Positions 1 through 12,830 of a stretch of 64,000 nucleotides of DNA are shown here, piece after piece. The DNA lies in NCBI GenBank assembly GCA_965248355.1, contig OZ252098.1:64001-128000 (forward strand), read 5' to 3'. The stretch is from Candidatus Latescibacterota bacterium (lineage in GTDB: Bacteria > Latescibacterota > UBA2968 > UBA8231). Below the pieces are notes generated by a model, which had not been told where the DNA came from, ran no database searches, and saw only the letters and a program-made list of their open reading frames with translations. A program made the position numbers and the translations under genes. Every line of letters starts with the position of its first letter. The stretch's first letter is position 1.

Positions 1-3056
<3,056 letters not shown>

Positions 3057-3063
3057 GACAGTA

Positions 3064-4074
3064 CTAGGGCTGCCTGCGGAGGATGCGCACCGCTTGGCCG
3101 TCACGCAGCCGCTCGTTGCCGCGCACCACGGCTAGATCGCCGGCTGCGAGCTCGCCCATGACGGCCACGTAGCCCTTGTGCGCCAGCCCGGTCTGGACGG
3201 GGCGGCTGAGGGCTTTGCCGTCGCGGGCGAGGTACACGACCTGTCCTTGCGGACCGGAGACCAAAGCGTCCTTGTGCACCAGAAGTGATGCCTCGGCCTG
3301 CGCGATCCGGAAGCGCACCCGTGCGGACATATTGCTGCGCATCCGGCCTTGTGGATTGGCGGCCTCGACGATGACCGGGAAGGTGCGGGAGGAGGCGTAG
3401 CCCTCGGCGGAGATGGCGGTTACGAGGCCGGCGATGGGATCGCCGCCGAGGGCATCGACGACGATGGCGACGCGGTCCCCCAAAGCGAGCCGCGGCACGT
3501 CGTGCTCGGGCACCTCGACGATCACGCGCACCGTGTCGATGGAGATTACCTGTGCGATCTCACCGCCGCGTCCGACCCACTCGCCAACCTCGGTAAAGGT
3601 GCGGATGATGTGCCCGGAGAAAGGGGCGTGGACGAGGAGGTTCTCTACTTGGGCCCGAAGGCCGCCTAATCTGGCTTCGGCACGAGCCAGCTCAAAGGTC
3701 TGGATGCGTAGATCCTGCTCGGAGACCGAGTCGGTGGCGCGCAACCGGCGGCTGCCATCGTGGATGAACTGGCGCAGCGCGAGATCGGCCTCGGCTTCTT
3801 GCAACGCGGCTTGGAGGGGATCGTTGGCCAACGCGAAGAGGGGGTCGCCGGCGCGCACGGTTTGACCGGCGTCCTTGAAGCGCTTGACCACTTGCCCTTC
3901 GGTCTCGGCGGCGACCCGGCTGGAGCGCACAGGGAGGATGCTCCCGACAAAGGAAAGATCCTCGACGAGCGGTTGTTCGAGAACCTCGGCGACGATGACC
4001 GGTGTCGGCGGGCGCTCCTGGCCGGGGAGTGCACTGGGCAGCAAGGTCAGGAGCAGCAGTAGAGCAAAGGGCAT
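3064..4074 (-). CDS. RND efflux periplasmic adaptor (membrane fusion protein)
   Basis: Signal-like MPFALLLLL, barrel-sandwich motifs (VAAETEGQV, HAPFSGHI, GEWVGRG) and LLVHKDAL; lies directly upstream of the RND pump. Confidence 0.92.
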   Translation of the reverse strand: MPFALLLLLTLLPSALPGQERPPTPVIVAEVLEQPLVEDLSFVGSILPVRSSRVAAETEGQVVKRFKDAGQTVRAGDPLFALANDPLQAALQEAEADLALRQFIHDGSRRLRATDSVSEQDLRIQTFELARAEARLGGLRAQVENLLVHAPFSGHIIRTFTEVGEWVGRGGEIAQVISIDTVRVIVEVPEHDVPRLALGDRVAIVVDALGGDPIAGLVTAISAEGYASSRTFPVIVEAANPQGRMRSNMSARVRFRIAQAEASLLVHKDALVSGPQGQVVYLARDGKALSRPVQTGLAHKGYVAVMGELAAGDLAVVRGNERLRDGQAVRILRRQP

Positions 4075-4141
4075 TTGGGTTCCTCGGCGGGGTGAGAAAG
4101 AGGGCTCGGAGGTGCTGATCGCTCCCAAGCTCATCGCCGGC

Positions 4142-5056
4142 TCAGGCCGGGGCCTTCTCCAGGTGCTCCGTCCGCAGCCGCCGCGACCAGTCGAAGTACT
4201 CGTCCAGCCGGATCAGCTCGAACTCCTCGACGATGTCGGCGGCGGTGCGCTCCTCGGTCTCGCTGTAGAGCACGGAGGTTCCCACCTGCCCGGCGGTGAC
4301 GATGCGCACGGCGTCGCCGTACTTGCCGTGGATGTCGTCGTAGCGGTTCTGGTTGCGGTCGAGGTGCACGACCTCGTAGTCGAGGTTGATGCGGGCCGAG
4401 GCCCAGGGCTGGTAGTTGTTGCTCCGGGCGAGGGTGGTGCCCTGGGGGTCGATGATGGTGCAGGGGGTGCTTCTGTACACGGAGCCGGCGAAGAAGGCCT
4501 GCACGTCCAGGGCCCAGAAGTTCTGCACAAGGCCGCCGTGATACATGGAGCTGAAGAGCAGCAGCCGCGGCTTGAGCTTCTTGTACTGGGCCCGCAGCTC
4601 GCCGAAGTTCAGGTCGAAGCAGATGACCCCGCCCACGGGTCCGAAGTCGGTCTCGATCAGGTGCGCGCCCGGACCCGGGCGGGTCCCGTGGTCGAACTCC
4701 GGGTACACGGGGATGTACTTGCGGTAGACGCCGGCCAGCTCCCCCTGGCGGTCCAGGAGCCCGAGGACGTTGTACACGGCGCCGGTGCCGGGCTCCTTCT
4801 GGTGCACGGGCACGGTGACGTAGCAGCCGTGTTCCCGCGCCAGCCCCGCCAGCAGCTGTGACGTCGGACCCTCGGGCACCTCTTCGTCGAAGGTCCGGCA
4901 GATCGTCTCGGGCAGCACGATCAGGTCGGCCCGGGTGGCCCCGGCGACCCTGGCCACCAGTCCCTTCAGGTCCTCGTGGGTCCGCGCCATCACCTCCTCG
5001 TCGGAGCCGCTGACGGGGGCGTAGGAGACGCAGGCTACGACGGCGTGGCTGCTCAT
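4142..5056 (-). CDS. Carbon-nitrogen hydrolase (nitrilase superfamily)
   Basis: E-K-C triad motifs LIVLPE, YRKY and ICFDLNF; start MSSHAVV overlaps the upstream stop. Confidence 0.9.
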   Translation of the reverse strand: MSSHAVVACVSYAPVSGSDEEVMARTHEDLKGLVARVAGATRADLIVLPETICRTFDEEVPEGPTSQLLAGLAREHGCYVTVPVHQKEPGTGAVYNVLGLLDRQGELAGVYRKYIPVYPEFDHGTRPGPGAHLIETDFGPVGGVICFDLNFGELRAQYKKLKPRLLLFSSMYHGGLVQNFWALDVQAFFAGSVYRSTPCTIIDPQGTTLARSNNYQPWASARINLDYEVVHLDRNQNRYDDIHGKYGDAVRIVTAGQVGTSVLYSETEERTAADIVEEFELIRLDEYFDWSRRLRTEHLEKAPA

Positions 5057-5982
5057 GGGGCCTCCCCGCGGATCGCCTCGACGTGGCTCTTCCTCACCTT
5101 GCAGACCATGGTGTACGCGGGGTCGTAGATGTTGCCCACGTCGTAGGCCACCGCCTGTCCGAGGAGCAGGTGGGCGGTGCGGGCGTCGAGGCCGTGGTCG
5201 ATCTCCAGCCAGCGCAGCATCTCGGTGGTGGCGTGCTGCACGCACTGGTCCAGGGGCCGGGCGTTGCCCACCGTCATCAACCAGGTGTCGTCCTCGGCCC
5301 GCGGCCAGCGGATGGAGGAGCCCTTGACGAGGTCCACGGTGAAGCGCACGTCGAAGGAGATCTCCACGCCCGTGCCGACGATCTCGCCGTCCCCTTGCAC
5401 GGCGTGGCCGTCGCCGAGGTGGAACAGGGCTCCCGGGGCGAAGACGGGGAACCAGACGGTCACCCCCTGCCGGAAGCCCCGGTAGTCCATGTTGCCGCCG
5501 TGGCGCTCGGAGGTGGACGTGGAGATGGCCTGGCCCCGCTCGGGGGCCACGCCGAAGCACCCCACCATGGGGTCCAGGGGCAGGACGAGCCGCGACAGGG
5601 GGCCCTCGGGCTCGGTGAGGCGCACGCTGCCGGCCTCCACGTCCACGGCCCAGCGCGCGCCCTCGACCTCGTCGCCGAAGCGCGGCCGGAAGCCGGGGTC
5701 CAGCACGTTGGGGGCCACCGCGGCGGCGGTGAAGCCCCAGGGCCGGTTGGGCCTCACCAGGTCGAGGGTGACCGCCAGCGCGTCCCCGGACTCGGCGCCG
5801 GTGACGTGGAAGGGGCCGGTCTGGGGGTTGCCCCGGACGGCGGCCTGCCGGCCGTCGCGGTCCCGGCCGCGGGCGTCGACGGTGGTCGTCGAGACCGAAT
5901 CCCCCGGGGCGATCTCGAGGACCGGCTCGTGCCATCCGAGGGTGTTGTGGTAGTGGTCGGGGGTGAACTCGTGATGGGCCAT
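5053..5982 (-). CDS. Acetamidase/formamidase family protein
   Basis: NPQTGPFHV, HGGNMD and GDGHAVQGDGEIVGTGVE; RBS-like GGAG before the ATG at 5982. Confidence 0.92.
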   Translation of the reverse strand: MAHHEFTPDHYHNTLGWHEPVLEIAPGDSVSTTTVDARGRDRDGRQAAVRGNPQTGPFHVTGAESGDALAVTLDLVRPNRPWGFTAAAVAPNVLDPGFRPRFGDEVEGARWAVDVEAGSVRLTEPEGPLSRLVLPLDPMVGCFGVAPERGQAISTSTSERHGGNMDYRGFRQGVTVWFPVFAPGALFHLGDGHAVQGDGEIVGTGVEISFDVRFTVDLVKGSSIRWPRAEDDTWLMTVGNARPLDQCVQHATTEMLRWLEIDHGLDARTAHLLLGQAVAYDVGNIYDPAYTMVCKVRKSHVEAIRGEAP

Positions 5983-6113
5983 GGAGTCTCCTGTGGCAGT
6001 CCAGGGTATGCAGCCGCCGGGCGTCGCCGTCTCCGCGGTGGGCCGGCGTGGCCTTCGGCTGGTGCCCCGGACCTGTGGGGTCGATCGCCCGGAACCTCCC
6101 CGGGCGGTCGGAA

Positions 6114-7544
6114 TCAGTTGATGTCGTACCGCAGGAAGGAAAGGTAGGCGAGCATGAAGAAGGCGACGTTCCACAGGGCCAGCAGCGCCAGGTCGACGTA
6201 GATCGAGGTCAGGCGGTCGGAGACGCTCATGTGGGCGAAGTGGAAGCGGGGCGCGTCGCTCAGGTCGACGTTGTTGAACGCCTCCATGTCCGCCGAGGTC
6301 ATGATCACGGAGCCGTCTGAAGAGGCGGCCCTCTGGCTCTGGATGAACTCGTTGAAGGCGCGCTGCTTCTCCTGCGAGTACTCCTGCCAGGTGTCGCCGA
6401 AGGCCTCCAGGCCCTCCACCCAGCGCTCCTCCTGGACGATGCCGGCGGCGGCCAGGTCGAAGGCGGCGAGGTTGAAGGAAGTCAGGGGCGACAGGCGGGC
6501 GAGGATGCCGGAGAGCCGCGTCTGGCCCGCCACCTGGCTGCGGAAGCTGTCCTCGATCTTCTGCATCTCGGCCTGGGTCTCCTCGCCCATCGCCCTCATC
6601 CGCTCCCGTACGGCCTCGTCGGCCCACACGTTTTGCCCTTGGAGCCGCTCCTGCTCCTCCTCGATGAAGGCGCGGAACCTCCGCTGCTGCTCCTGCTGCA
6701 GGGCCTGCTTCTCGCGGCCCACCTCCTCGGCGGAGGGGATCGGCACGAGCTGGCTCACCACGTACGGCGCCATGTTCGGCACCGCCAGAATCAGGGTGAC
6801 CCACAGCAGCAGGAGCACGGTGATCGACGTCGACGCCAGCCGGGTCCGGCAGGAGACGAACAGACCCAGGCTGTAGACGGCGCCCAGGTAGAGCAGGGCG
6901 AGGCCGTAGAGGGCGACCAGGGCCAGGGAGCTCTCGGCGTCGGGCTCGACGTCGGGGAAGAGCAGGATCACGAGCAGGGCGAGGACGAAGGAGACGGTGA
7001 AGGGCGCGATGAGGGCCAGGTACCCGCCGAGCCACTTGCCGAGCAGGACCAGGTCGCGGGGCGCGCTGTACGACATGAGCAGCTTGAGGACCCCGGTCTC
7101 GGCCTCGCCGGAGACGGTGTCGTAGGCGAAGGCCAGGGCCAGCAGGCTCATGATGACGCCCACGATGAAGACGTAGTCCACCGGCGGGAACAGGGACAGC
7201 ACCGGGTTCTGCTCCCAGCTCTCGGGGAAGTCGAGGCGGTTCCCGGGCTGCACGCGGACGCTCTCGGTCAGCTCCTTCGACAGACCGCGCACCAGGGTGT
7301 TCATGAGGTTCAGGGGCCGGTCGACGGTGACGCCCTCGTTCAGGCTCCAGATCCCGGTGCGCTGCTGCAGCTCGTTGCGGTGCATGACCCGGTTCATGTT
7401 GTACGTGGACATGGCCTCGCGGTAGTCCCGCGTCAGCACCACGGCGCTGAGCAGGAAGACGAGGAGGCAGACGCCGCAGGTGATGGCGAACCGCAGCGAC
7501 AGCAGCTGGTCGAGGAGTTCCTTGCGGACGATGTGCAGCAGCAC
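6114..7544 (-). CDS. ABC-2 type permease with large extracytoplasmic loops
   Basis: GTG start VLLHIVRKE; GEAETGVLKLLMSYSAPRDLVLLGKW coupling motif; several TM segments; ends FLRYDIN. Confidence 0.88.
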   Translation of the reverse strand: MLLHIVRKELLDQLLSLRFAITCGVCLLVFLLSAVVLTRDYREAMSTYNMNRVMHRNELQQRTGIWSLNEGVTVDRPLNLMNTLVRGLSKELTESVRVQPGNRLDFPESWEQNPVLSLFPPVDYVFIVGVIMSLLALAFAYDTVSGEAETGVLKLLMSYSAPRDLVLLGKWLGGYLALIAPFTVSFVLALLVILLFPDVEPDAESSLALVALYGLALLYLGAVYSLGLFVSCRTRLASTSITVLLLLWVTLILAVPNMAPYVVSQLVPIPSAEEVGREKQALQQEQQRRFRAFIEEEQERLQGQNVWADEAVRERMRAMGEETQAEMQKIEDSFRSQVAGQTRLSGILARLSPLTSFNLAAFDLAAAGIVQEERWVEGLEAFGDTWQEYSQEKQRAFNEFIQSQRAASSDGSVIMTSADMEAFNNVDLSDAPRFHFAHMSVSDRLTSIYVDLALLALWNVAFFMLAYLSFLRYDIN

Positions 7545-7564
7545 GGGCGATCCCCCGGATCGGT

Positions 7565-8953
7565 TCAGGTGACGTCGTAGCGCAAGAAGAAGAGGTACGA
7601 AAGCAGGAAGAACAGCACGTTGAAGACGGCCAGCAGCAGGATGTCGAAGAGGGCCGCGTCGAAGGCCTCGGAGAGGCTCTCGGAGAACATGGAGAGCCTG
7701 GGCACGTCGCCGGCGTCGAACCAGTCCTGGTTCCTCAGGACCGGCCCCGAGGCTCCGCGCCACTCGGAGATGTTGCGGTACATGCCCTGGCGGAAGTCGT
7801 CGTGGGCGCCCTGGAAGCGTTCGACGGCGTCGGAGAAGTGCTCGAACAGGTCCGGGCCCGTGCCGGCGAGGCGGGTGACGGCGAGGAGGTAGCTGGCCGA
7901 CGGCGACAGGCGGGCCAGGTTCTGGCTCAGGGAGATCTGCCGCGACATGCGGTCCTGGTAGAAGTCTTCCAGCTTCCGTTTCCGCTGGTCCGCCTCCTGC
8001 TGAATGCGCTGTCCCTCCTCCTGGTCGCCGTAGACCTTGCGCTTGCTGATCGCCTCCCTCAGCAGCTCCGACTCGCGGTCGATGGCCCGCTGCTCGGTGT
8101 CGATCACCTGGCGCGACGGCACCGGCGCCGCCAGCCGGGCGGCGATGGGCGCCACGTTGGGCACCACCAGGATCCAGCCGATCCACACCAGCAGCGCCAT
8201 GAGCAGGGCCGTGGCGCCGCGGTGGGCCAGCGTGGAGATCAGCAGTCCGAGACTGAAGAAGGCGGAGATGTAGAGGAAGGAGACGGCGAGGATCGCGGCG
8301 AAGCGGGAGACCACCTCCGACTCCAGCGGCAGGGAGCCCGAGAGGGACAGGTACAGGAAGCCGGCCGCCGCGGCCACGGCGAAGGGCCCGGCGATGGACA
8401 GGTACCCGCCCACCCACTTGCCCAGGAGCACCGTGTCGCGGGGGACGGAGTTGGCAAGCAGGAGCTTGAGGGTTCCCCTCTCCTTCTCGCCGCAGACCGA
8501 ATCGAAGACGAAGAGCAGGGCCAGCAGGCTCAGGACCATGTTGACCACGTAGGCGAAGTCGGGGGCCTGGAAGATCCTGAGGAGGATGTTGCGGCCCAGG
8601 CGGTCCTCGGAGGTGCGCACGATCCACCGCTCCCGCGAGGAGACCTGCGACGGCAGGCTGCCCTCGAGGCCGCGGGCCAGCACGGCCAGCGCCGCCGGCG
8701 GGCGCACGCCGGCGAAGTCCTCGTTCTGGACCTGCTGGAACTGCTCGCCGGCGTCCTCCACCCGGGACAGCTCGTCCAGGCGCTCCCGGAACTGGGACTC
8801 CTGCCGCGTGTAGGTCTCCATGCGGTGGCGCTGCTCGTTGCCCATCAGGAAGACGGCGAGCAGCACGAGCACGAAGAGCAGGCCGTAGGTGACGGCGAAG
8901 CGGAAGCTGAGGATGTTGTGCAGGACTTCCTTGCCGATCAGCCGCAGCAGCAT
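7565..8953 (-). CDS. ABC-2 type permease (paralog of 6114-7544)
   Basis: Starts MLLRLIGKE; GEKERGTLKLLLANSVPRDTVLLGKW; ends FLRYDVT. Confidence 0.88.
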   Translation of the reverse strand: MLLRLIGKEVLHNILSFRFAVTYGLLFVLVLLAVFLMGNEQRHRMETYTRQESQFRERLDELSRVEDAGEQFQQVQNEDFAGVRPPAALAVLARGLEGSLPSQVSSRERWIVRTSEDRLGRNILLRIFQAPDFAYVVNMVLSLLALLFVFDSVCGEKERGTLKLLLANSVPRDTVLLGKWVGGYLSIAGPFAVAAAAGFLYLSLSGSLPLESEVVSRFAAILAVSFLYISAFFSLGLLISTLAHRGATALLMALLVWIGWILVVPNVAPIAARLAAPVPSRQVIDTEQRAIDRESELLREAISKRKVYGDQEEGQRIQQEADQRKRKLEDFYQDRMSRQISLSQNLARLSPSASYLLAVTRLAGTGPDLFEHFSDAVERFQGAHDDFRQGMYRNISEWRGASGPVLRNQDWFDAGDVPRLSMFSESLSEAFDAALFDILLLAVFNVLFFLLSYLFFLRYDVT

Positions 8954-9023
8954 GGGATCCTCGGTCGCAGGGCGGTGCACAGGGCCGGGGGCCGGCGGCG
9001 GCCCCCGGCTCGTCAAGGGGTCG

Positions 9024-9746
9024 TCAGGCCGCCTGCTCGGCGGGCCGGCTGACGAACTCCACGTAGATCGACTCCAGGTCCTCCTGTCCGAGCTCCTCGC
9101 GGGTGAAGATCTTGACCAGGTTCCCCTCGACCATGATGCCCACGCGGTCGGCGATCTGCTTGGCCCGGAAGATGTCGTGGGTCGTCATCCAGATCGCCTT
9201 GTTCTCCTCGCGCAGCTCGGCCAGCAGCTGCAGGAACTCGGCGCCCGACTTGGGGTCCAACCCCGAGGTGGGCTCGTCGAGGAGGATCACCTCGGCGTTC
9301 TTCATGATGGCGATGGCGATGCCCAGCTTCTGGCGCATGCCCTTGGAGAATCCCTTGACGCGGCGGTCGAAGGCGTCTCGCTGCAGGCCGACGCGGTCCA
9401 TGACCTGGTCGTACTCCGATGGCTCCACCTGCTTGCGGCCGCCGAGCTTGGTGAAGAACTCCAGGTTCTGGCGGGCCGTGAAGTTGCCGTAGAGCATGAC
9501 GTTCTCCGACACGTAGGCCACGTGGCGCTTGGCCTCCAGCGGATCCCGGGTCACGTCGACGCCGCAGATCTTCACGGTCCCGGCCGTCGGCTCGGTGAAC
9601 CCGAGGGACACCATGAGGGTGGTCGTCTTGCCGGCGCCGTTGGCCCCCAGCATGGTGAAGATCTCGCCCGGCTCGATGGTCAGGGTGAGGTCGTTCACCG
9701 CGTGGACGTCGCCGTAGTGCTTGGTCATCCCGATGATTTCGAGCAT
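9024..9746 (-). CDS. ABC transporter ATP-binding protein
   Basis: Walker A GANGAGKT, signature FSKGMRQK, Walker B ILLDEP, H-loop TTH. Confidence 0.95.
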   Translation of the reverse strand: MLEIIGMTKHYGDVHAVNDLTLTIEPGEIFTMLGANGAGKTTTLMVSLGFTEPTAGTVKICGVDVTRDPLEAKRHVAYVSENVMLYGNFTARQNLEFFTKLGGRKQVEPSEYDQVMDRVGLQRDAFDRRVKGFSKGMRQKLGIAIAIMKNAEVILLDEPTSGLDPKSGAEFLQLLAELREENKAIWMTTHDIFRAKQIADRVGIMVEGNLVKIFTREELGQEDLESIYVEFVSRPAEQAA

Positions 9747-9808
9747 TCAGCCTGTCTCCGGACAAGGTCGGGTGCGGATCCAATGCTAACGTGCGGGGCC
9801 CGCGTGAC

Positions 9809-9872
9809 CCATGTCAAGGAGTAGCTTGCAAGCCCTTCTCACCTTGACATGGTCCACCTTCACCAGTAGCAT
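9809..9872 (+). promoter_or_regulatory. Sigma70-type promoter for the TolC operon, overlapping an 11-bp inverted repeat
   Basis: TTGACA (9844-9849)-N17-TAGCAT (9867-9872). Perfect inverted repeat CCATGTCAAGG (9809-9819) / CCTTGACATGG (9842-9852) with the palindrome GCTTGCAAGC (9824-9833) between the arms. Confidence 0.7.
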
Positions 9873-9903
9873 TAGCGAGATCTGCAATAACTCACGGAAC
9901 CCA

Positions 9904-11307
9904 TTGATTTTGCTAACCTTTTCGCCGTTGCGGGCCGTCCTGCCGCGGACGGTGGTTCTCATCGTGGGGGTGGCTGCGGCCCTGGGCCCCGCCGGTGCCG
10001 CCGGCCCGCCAGCGGCACCGGATCCCACCTCCCGGGCGGCCCCCCTCGGTCTGGCCGACTGCCTGGGCGCCGCCTTCTCCCGCAACCGCGAGCTGATCCG
10101 CGCCCGCCAGCGCATTGAGGAAGTCCGGAGCGACGCCGTCGTCGTGCGCTCCCGGCTGATGCCGCAGGTGAGCCTCACCGCCGGCTACGACGCCCTGCGG
10201 GCCGAAGGCGAGGGCCGCACCCTCGACCAGCTGGCCAGCGAGCTGCTGCTCCGGCAGCGCCTCTTCGAGTTCGGCCCCGACGCCGCCTCCGAGATCCAGC
10301 TGCGCGCCGACCTGCGCAAGGCCCTCTTCGACTACCAGGACAAGGTCTACGAGGTCAGCGCCCGCGTCTGGGAGCTCTACCACCTGATCCTGCTCAAGGA
10401 CCAGCAGATCGCCTTGCGCGTCGCCTCCCGCGAGAACTTCGAGGTCACCTTCGCGCGCCAGCAGGCCCGCTTCGAGAAGCGCCTCGCCTCCGAGGAGCAG
10501 AAGCTGCAGGCCGAGCTGAACGTGCTGGAGGAGGAGCTGAGCATCAACCGCATCCGCCGCGAGCAACTGCGCGACAAGATGGAGCTCCTGCGGCTCATCG
10601 GCCGGCCCATCGGCCTCGACCTGCGGCTCGGCGGGGACCTGGCGTCCTTCGCCGCCGACCAGGACGAGGCCGTGCGGCGGGCCCTGGCCCACGACGTGCA
10701 GATCGGCCTCACCGAGCAGCTCCTCGACGAGCAGCGGCGCGTGGTGCGCGAGATCGGCTGGGAGTACGCCCCCGACCTGAGCGCCGACGCCGGGGTCGCC
10801 GACGGCCGCCGCCGGGCGGGTCTCTCCGTCGGCCGCGAGGGCGGCACCTGGGGGGTCGGCGTGGAGACCGGCCTCACCCTCGACGAGGGGGACCGGCCGG
10901 AGGAGGTGGCCGAGGCCACCTGGTCGGCTCGCGTGCAGGCCCGCATCCCCATCTTCGAAGGCGGCGCCCGCCTGGGCCGGGAAGGCCTGGAGCGGGCCCG
11001 GCTGCGGGGCCTGCAGGTGCAGCTGCGCGACCTGCGCGCCGCCGCCGAGCTGGGCGTGCGCCAGGCCTACCAGTCGATGCTCGAGGCCGAGGAGACCCAG
11101 CGGCTGCAGGAGAAGAGCGTGGTCATCGCCCGGCGCCGCCTGGAGATCAAGCAGCAGGTGCAGGAGAAGGGCGGCCAGGTGGACGAGGCGGTGCTGGAGA
11201 ACTTCCGGCAGCAGTTCTTCACCGCCCAGGAGGTCCTGTTCCAGAACCAGGAGACCTACATCTCGCGCCAGGCCGAGCTGCGGCGGCTGATGGGATACGT
11301 CGAATGA
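9904..11307 (+). CDS. TolC family outer membrane efflux protein (start uncertain: TTG at 9904 or 9928)
   Basis: Signal-like N-terminus; LGLADCLGAAFSRNREL, PQVSLTAGY and IPIFEGG; two OEP-like helical repeats; ends AELRRLMG. Confidence 0.82.
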   Translation: MILLTFSPLRAVLPRTVVLIVGVAAALGPAGAAGPPAAPDPTSRAAPLGLADCLGAAFSRNRELIRARQRIEEVRSDAVVVRSRLMPQVSLTAGYDALRAEGEGRTLDQLASELLLRQRLFEFGPDAASEIQLRADLRKALFDYQDKVYEVSARVWELYHLILLKDQQIALRVASRENFEVTFARQQARFEKRLASEEQKLQAELNVLEEELSINRIRREQLRDKMELLRLIGRPIGLDLRLGGDLASFAADQDEAVRRALAHDVQIGLTEQLLDEQRRVVREIGWEYAPDLSADAGVADGRRRAGLSVGREGGTWGVGVETGLTLDEGDRPEEVAEATWSARVQARIPIFEGGARLGREGLERARLRGLQVQLRDLRAAAELGVRQAYQSMLEAEETQRLQEKSVVIARRRLEIKQQVQEKGGQVDEAVLENFRQQFFTAQEVLFQNQETYISRQAELRRLMGYVE

Positions 11308-12830
11308 GAGTCGCCGGTCCGCTCCTGGCCGCGTGCCTGCTGCTGGGCGCCGGCGGTGCCGCCGCGGCGCCGGAGGCCGCCGGGCTCACGCGCCAGCAGC
11401 AGCTGGACAAGCTGCGGCTCGACGAGCGCCAGCTGCAGCTCGAGCAGCGCCGCGTCAGCCTCGCCCAGGCCCTCGAGGAGCTGAGCCTCACGCACACTCT
11501 CTACGACTCCGGATTCGTGCCCCTGCTCACCTTCAAGCAGGCCCAGAACAGCTACGCCGAGGCGCGGCTGCAGCTGGAGGAGGCCGAGATCCTGCTGGAG
11601 GAGACCAAGCTCGACCTGCTGAGGAACGCCACCCACATCGTCGTGCGCGACGCCCGCAAGTACAAGAGCCCCGACGGCAAGAGCATGGTCGACATCGTGG
11701 TGGAGAACGCCTCCGACACGCGCGACGCCCTCGTCGTCGATCCGTCGCTCACCGAGGACGACCTGCGCACCCTGCTGCGCGTTGAGAACATCTTTGTCGC
11801 CCTGAAGAACGGCCCCATCGTGGGCGAGCCCTACGAGACGCGGGTCCCCGCCCTCGACGTGGGCCAGCGGCGCACCCTGACCTTCCGGCTCCTGCGCGAC
11901 GAGGAGTTCGTGGCCGTGGTGCTCAGCTATCTCGACACCTTGGAGGAGCCCATCCCCGTCACCCTGCGCAAGGGCGGGCGGGAGAACCTGCCGAGCATCA
12001 ACTCCGCCCAGTTCTCGCAGACCGGGGAGCTGCAGCAGGACGTGCGCTTCGACCTCATCGTGGAACGCCTCTCCGACGAGGAGCGCAGCTTCGCCCTCGC
12101 CGTCCTCGGCCTGCCGCGCAAGATCGACTTCTCCTTCCGCGACGCCGGCGCCAAGGTCAACCAGGTGAAGTTCGACGAGAACAAGTCCAAGGGCACCCTC
12201 GGCCTGGTGCTCGAGATCCCCGAGAAGCTCGACCGCCGCTTCGTGGGCGTGGCGCGCCCCTTCTTCGCCCTGGTCACCGAGCCGCGCGAGTACGCCCGCA
12301 TCCACGCCATCCAGGCGCGCTACGGCGACGACCCGGTGCCGGAGGAGGAGCTGCGGGGCCTGCGGTCCAACTACGTCAAGCTCGAGCTCATCCCCAAGGG
12401 CATCGGCAAGCTCGAGGTCCTCGTCTCCAACACCTACCGGGAGATCCAGACCGGGGAGGAGCTGCGCATCCGCGTCGAGTTCCTCAATCGCGGCAGCGTG
12501 GCGGTGCAGAACATCAAGGCCGCCCTCGACCTGCCCTACCAGTGGCAGGAGGAGGTGACGCCCCTGCTCATCAAGCGCCTGGAGCCCGACGAGCGGACGC
12601 CCCTCGACATCGTCGCCCGGCCGCCCGCCGACATCGCCGTGGGCAACTACGAGCTCGGCGTGGAGGCCCAGGGCCAGGTGGGCAACGAGAACGTGGAGTC
12701 CCTGGAGAAGAACCTGACCATCCACGTGGGGGCGCGCTCGAACATCGCCGGCAACGTCATCCTCATCGGCATTCTCGTGCTCCTCGTCGTGGGTATCGGC
12801 GTGGCCAGCGTCCGGATCAGCCGGCGATGA
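11304..12830 (+). CDS. Exported protein: coiled-coil hairpin + beta domains + NEW3-like Ig domain + C-terminal TM anchor
   Basis: Signal peptide; heptad-rich N-terminus; NEW3-like EFLNRGSVAVQNIKAALDLPYQW...PPADIAVGNYEL; hydrophobic C-terminal helix followed by RISRR; ATGA overlap with the TolC gene. Confidence 0.75.
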   Translation: MRVAGPLLAACLLLGAGGAAAAPEAAGLTRQQQLDKLRLDERQLQLEQRRVSLAQALEELSLTHTLYDSGFVPLLTFKQAQNSYAEARLQLEEAEILLEETKLDLLRNATHIVVRDARKYKSPDGKSMVDIVVENASDTRDALVVDPSLTEDDLRTLLRVENIFVALKNGPIVGEPYETRVPALDVGQRRTLTFRLLRDEEFVAVVLSYLDTLEEPIPVTLRKGGRENLPSINSAQFSQTGELQQDVRFDLIVERLSDEERSFALAVLGLPRKIDFSFRDAGAKVNQVKFDENKSKGTLGLVLEIPEKLDRRFVGVARPFFALVTEPREYARIHAIQARYGDDPVPEEELRGLRSNYVKLELIPKGIGKLEVLVSNTYREIQTGEELRIRVEFLNRGSVAVQNIKAALDLPYQWQEEVTPLLIKRLEPDERTPLDIVARPPADIAVGNYELGVEAQGQVGNENVESLEKNLTIHVGARSNIAGNVILIGILVLLVVGIGVASVRISRR

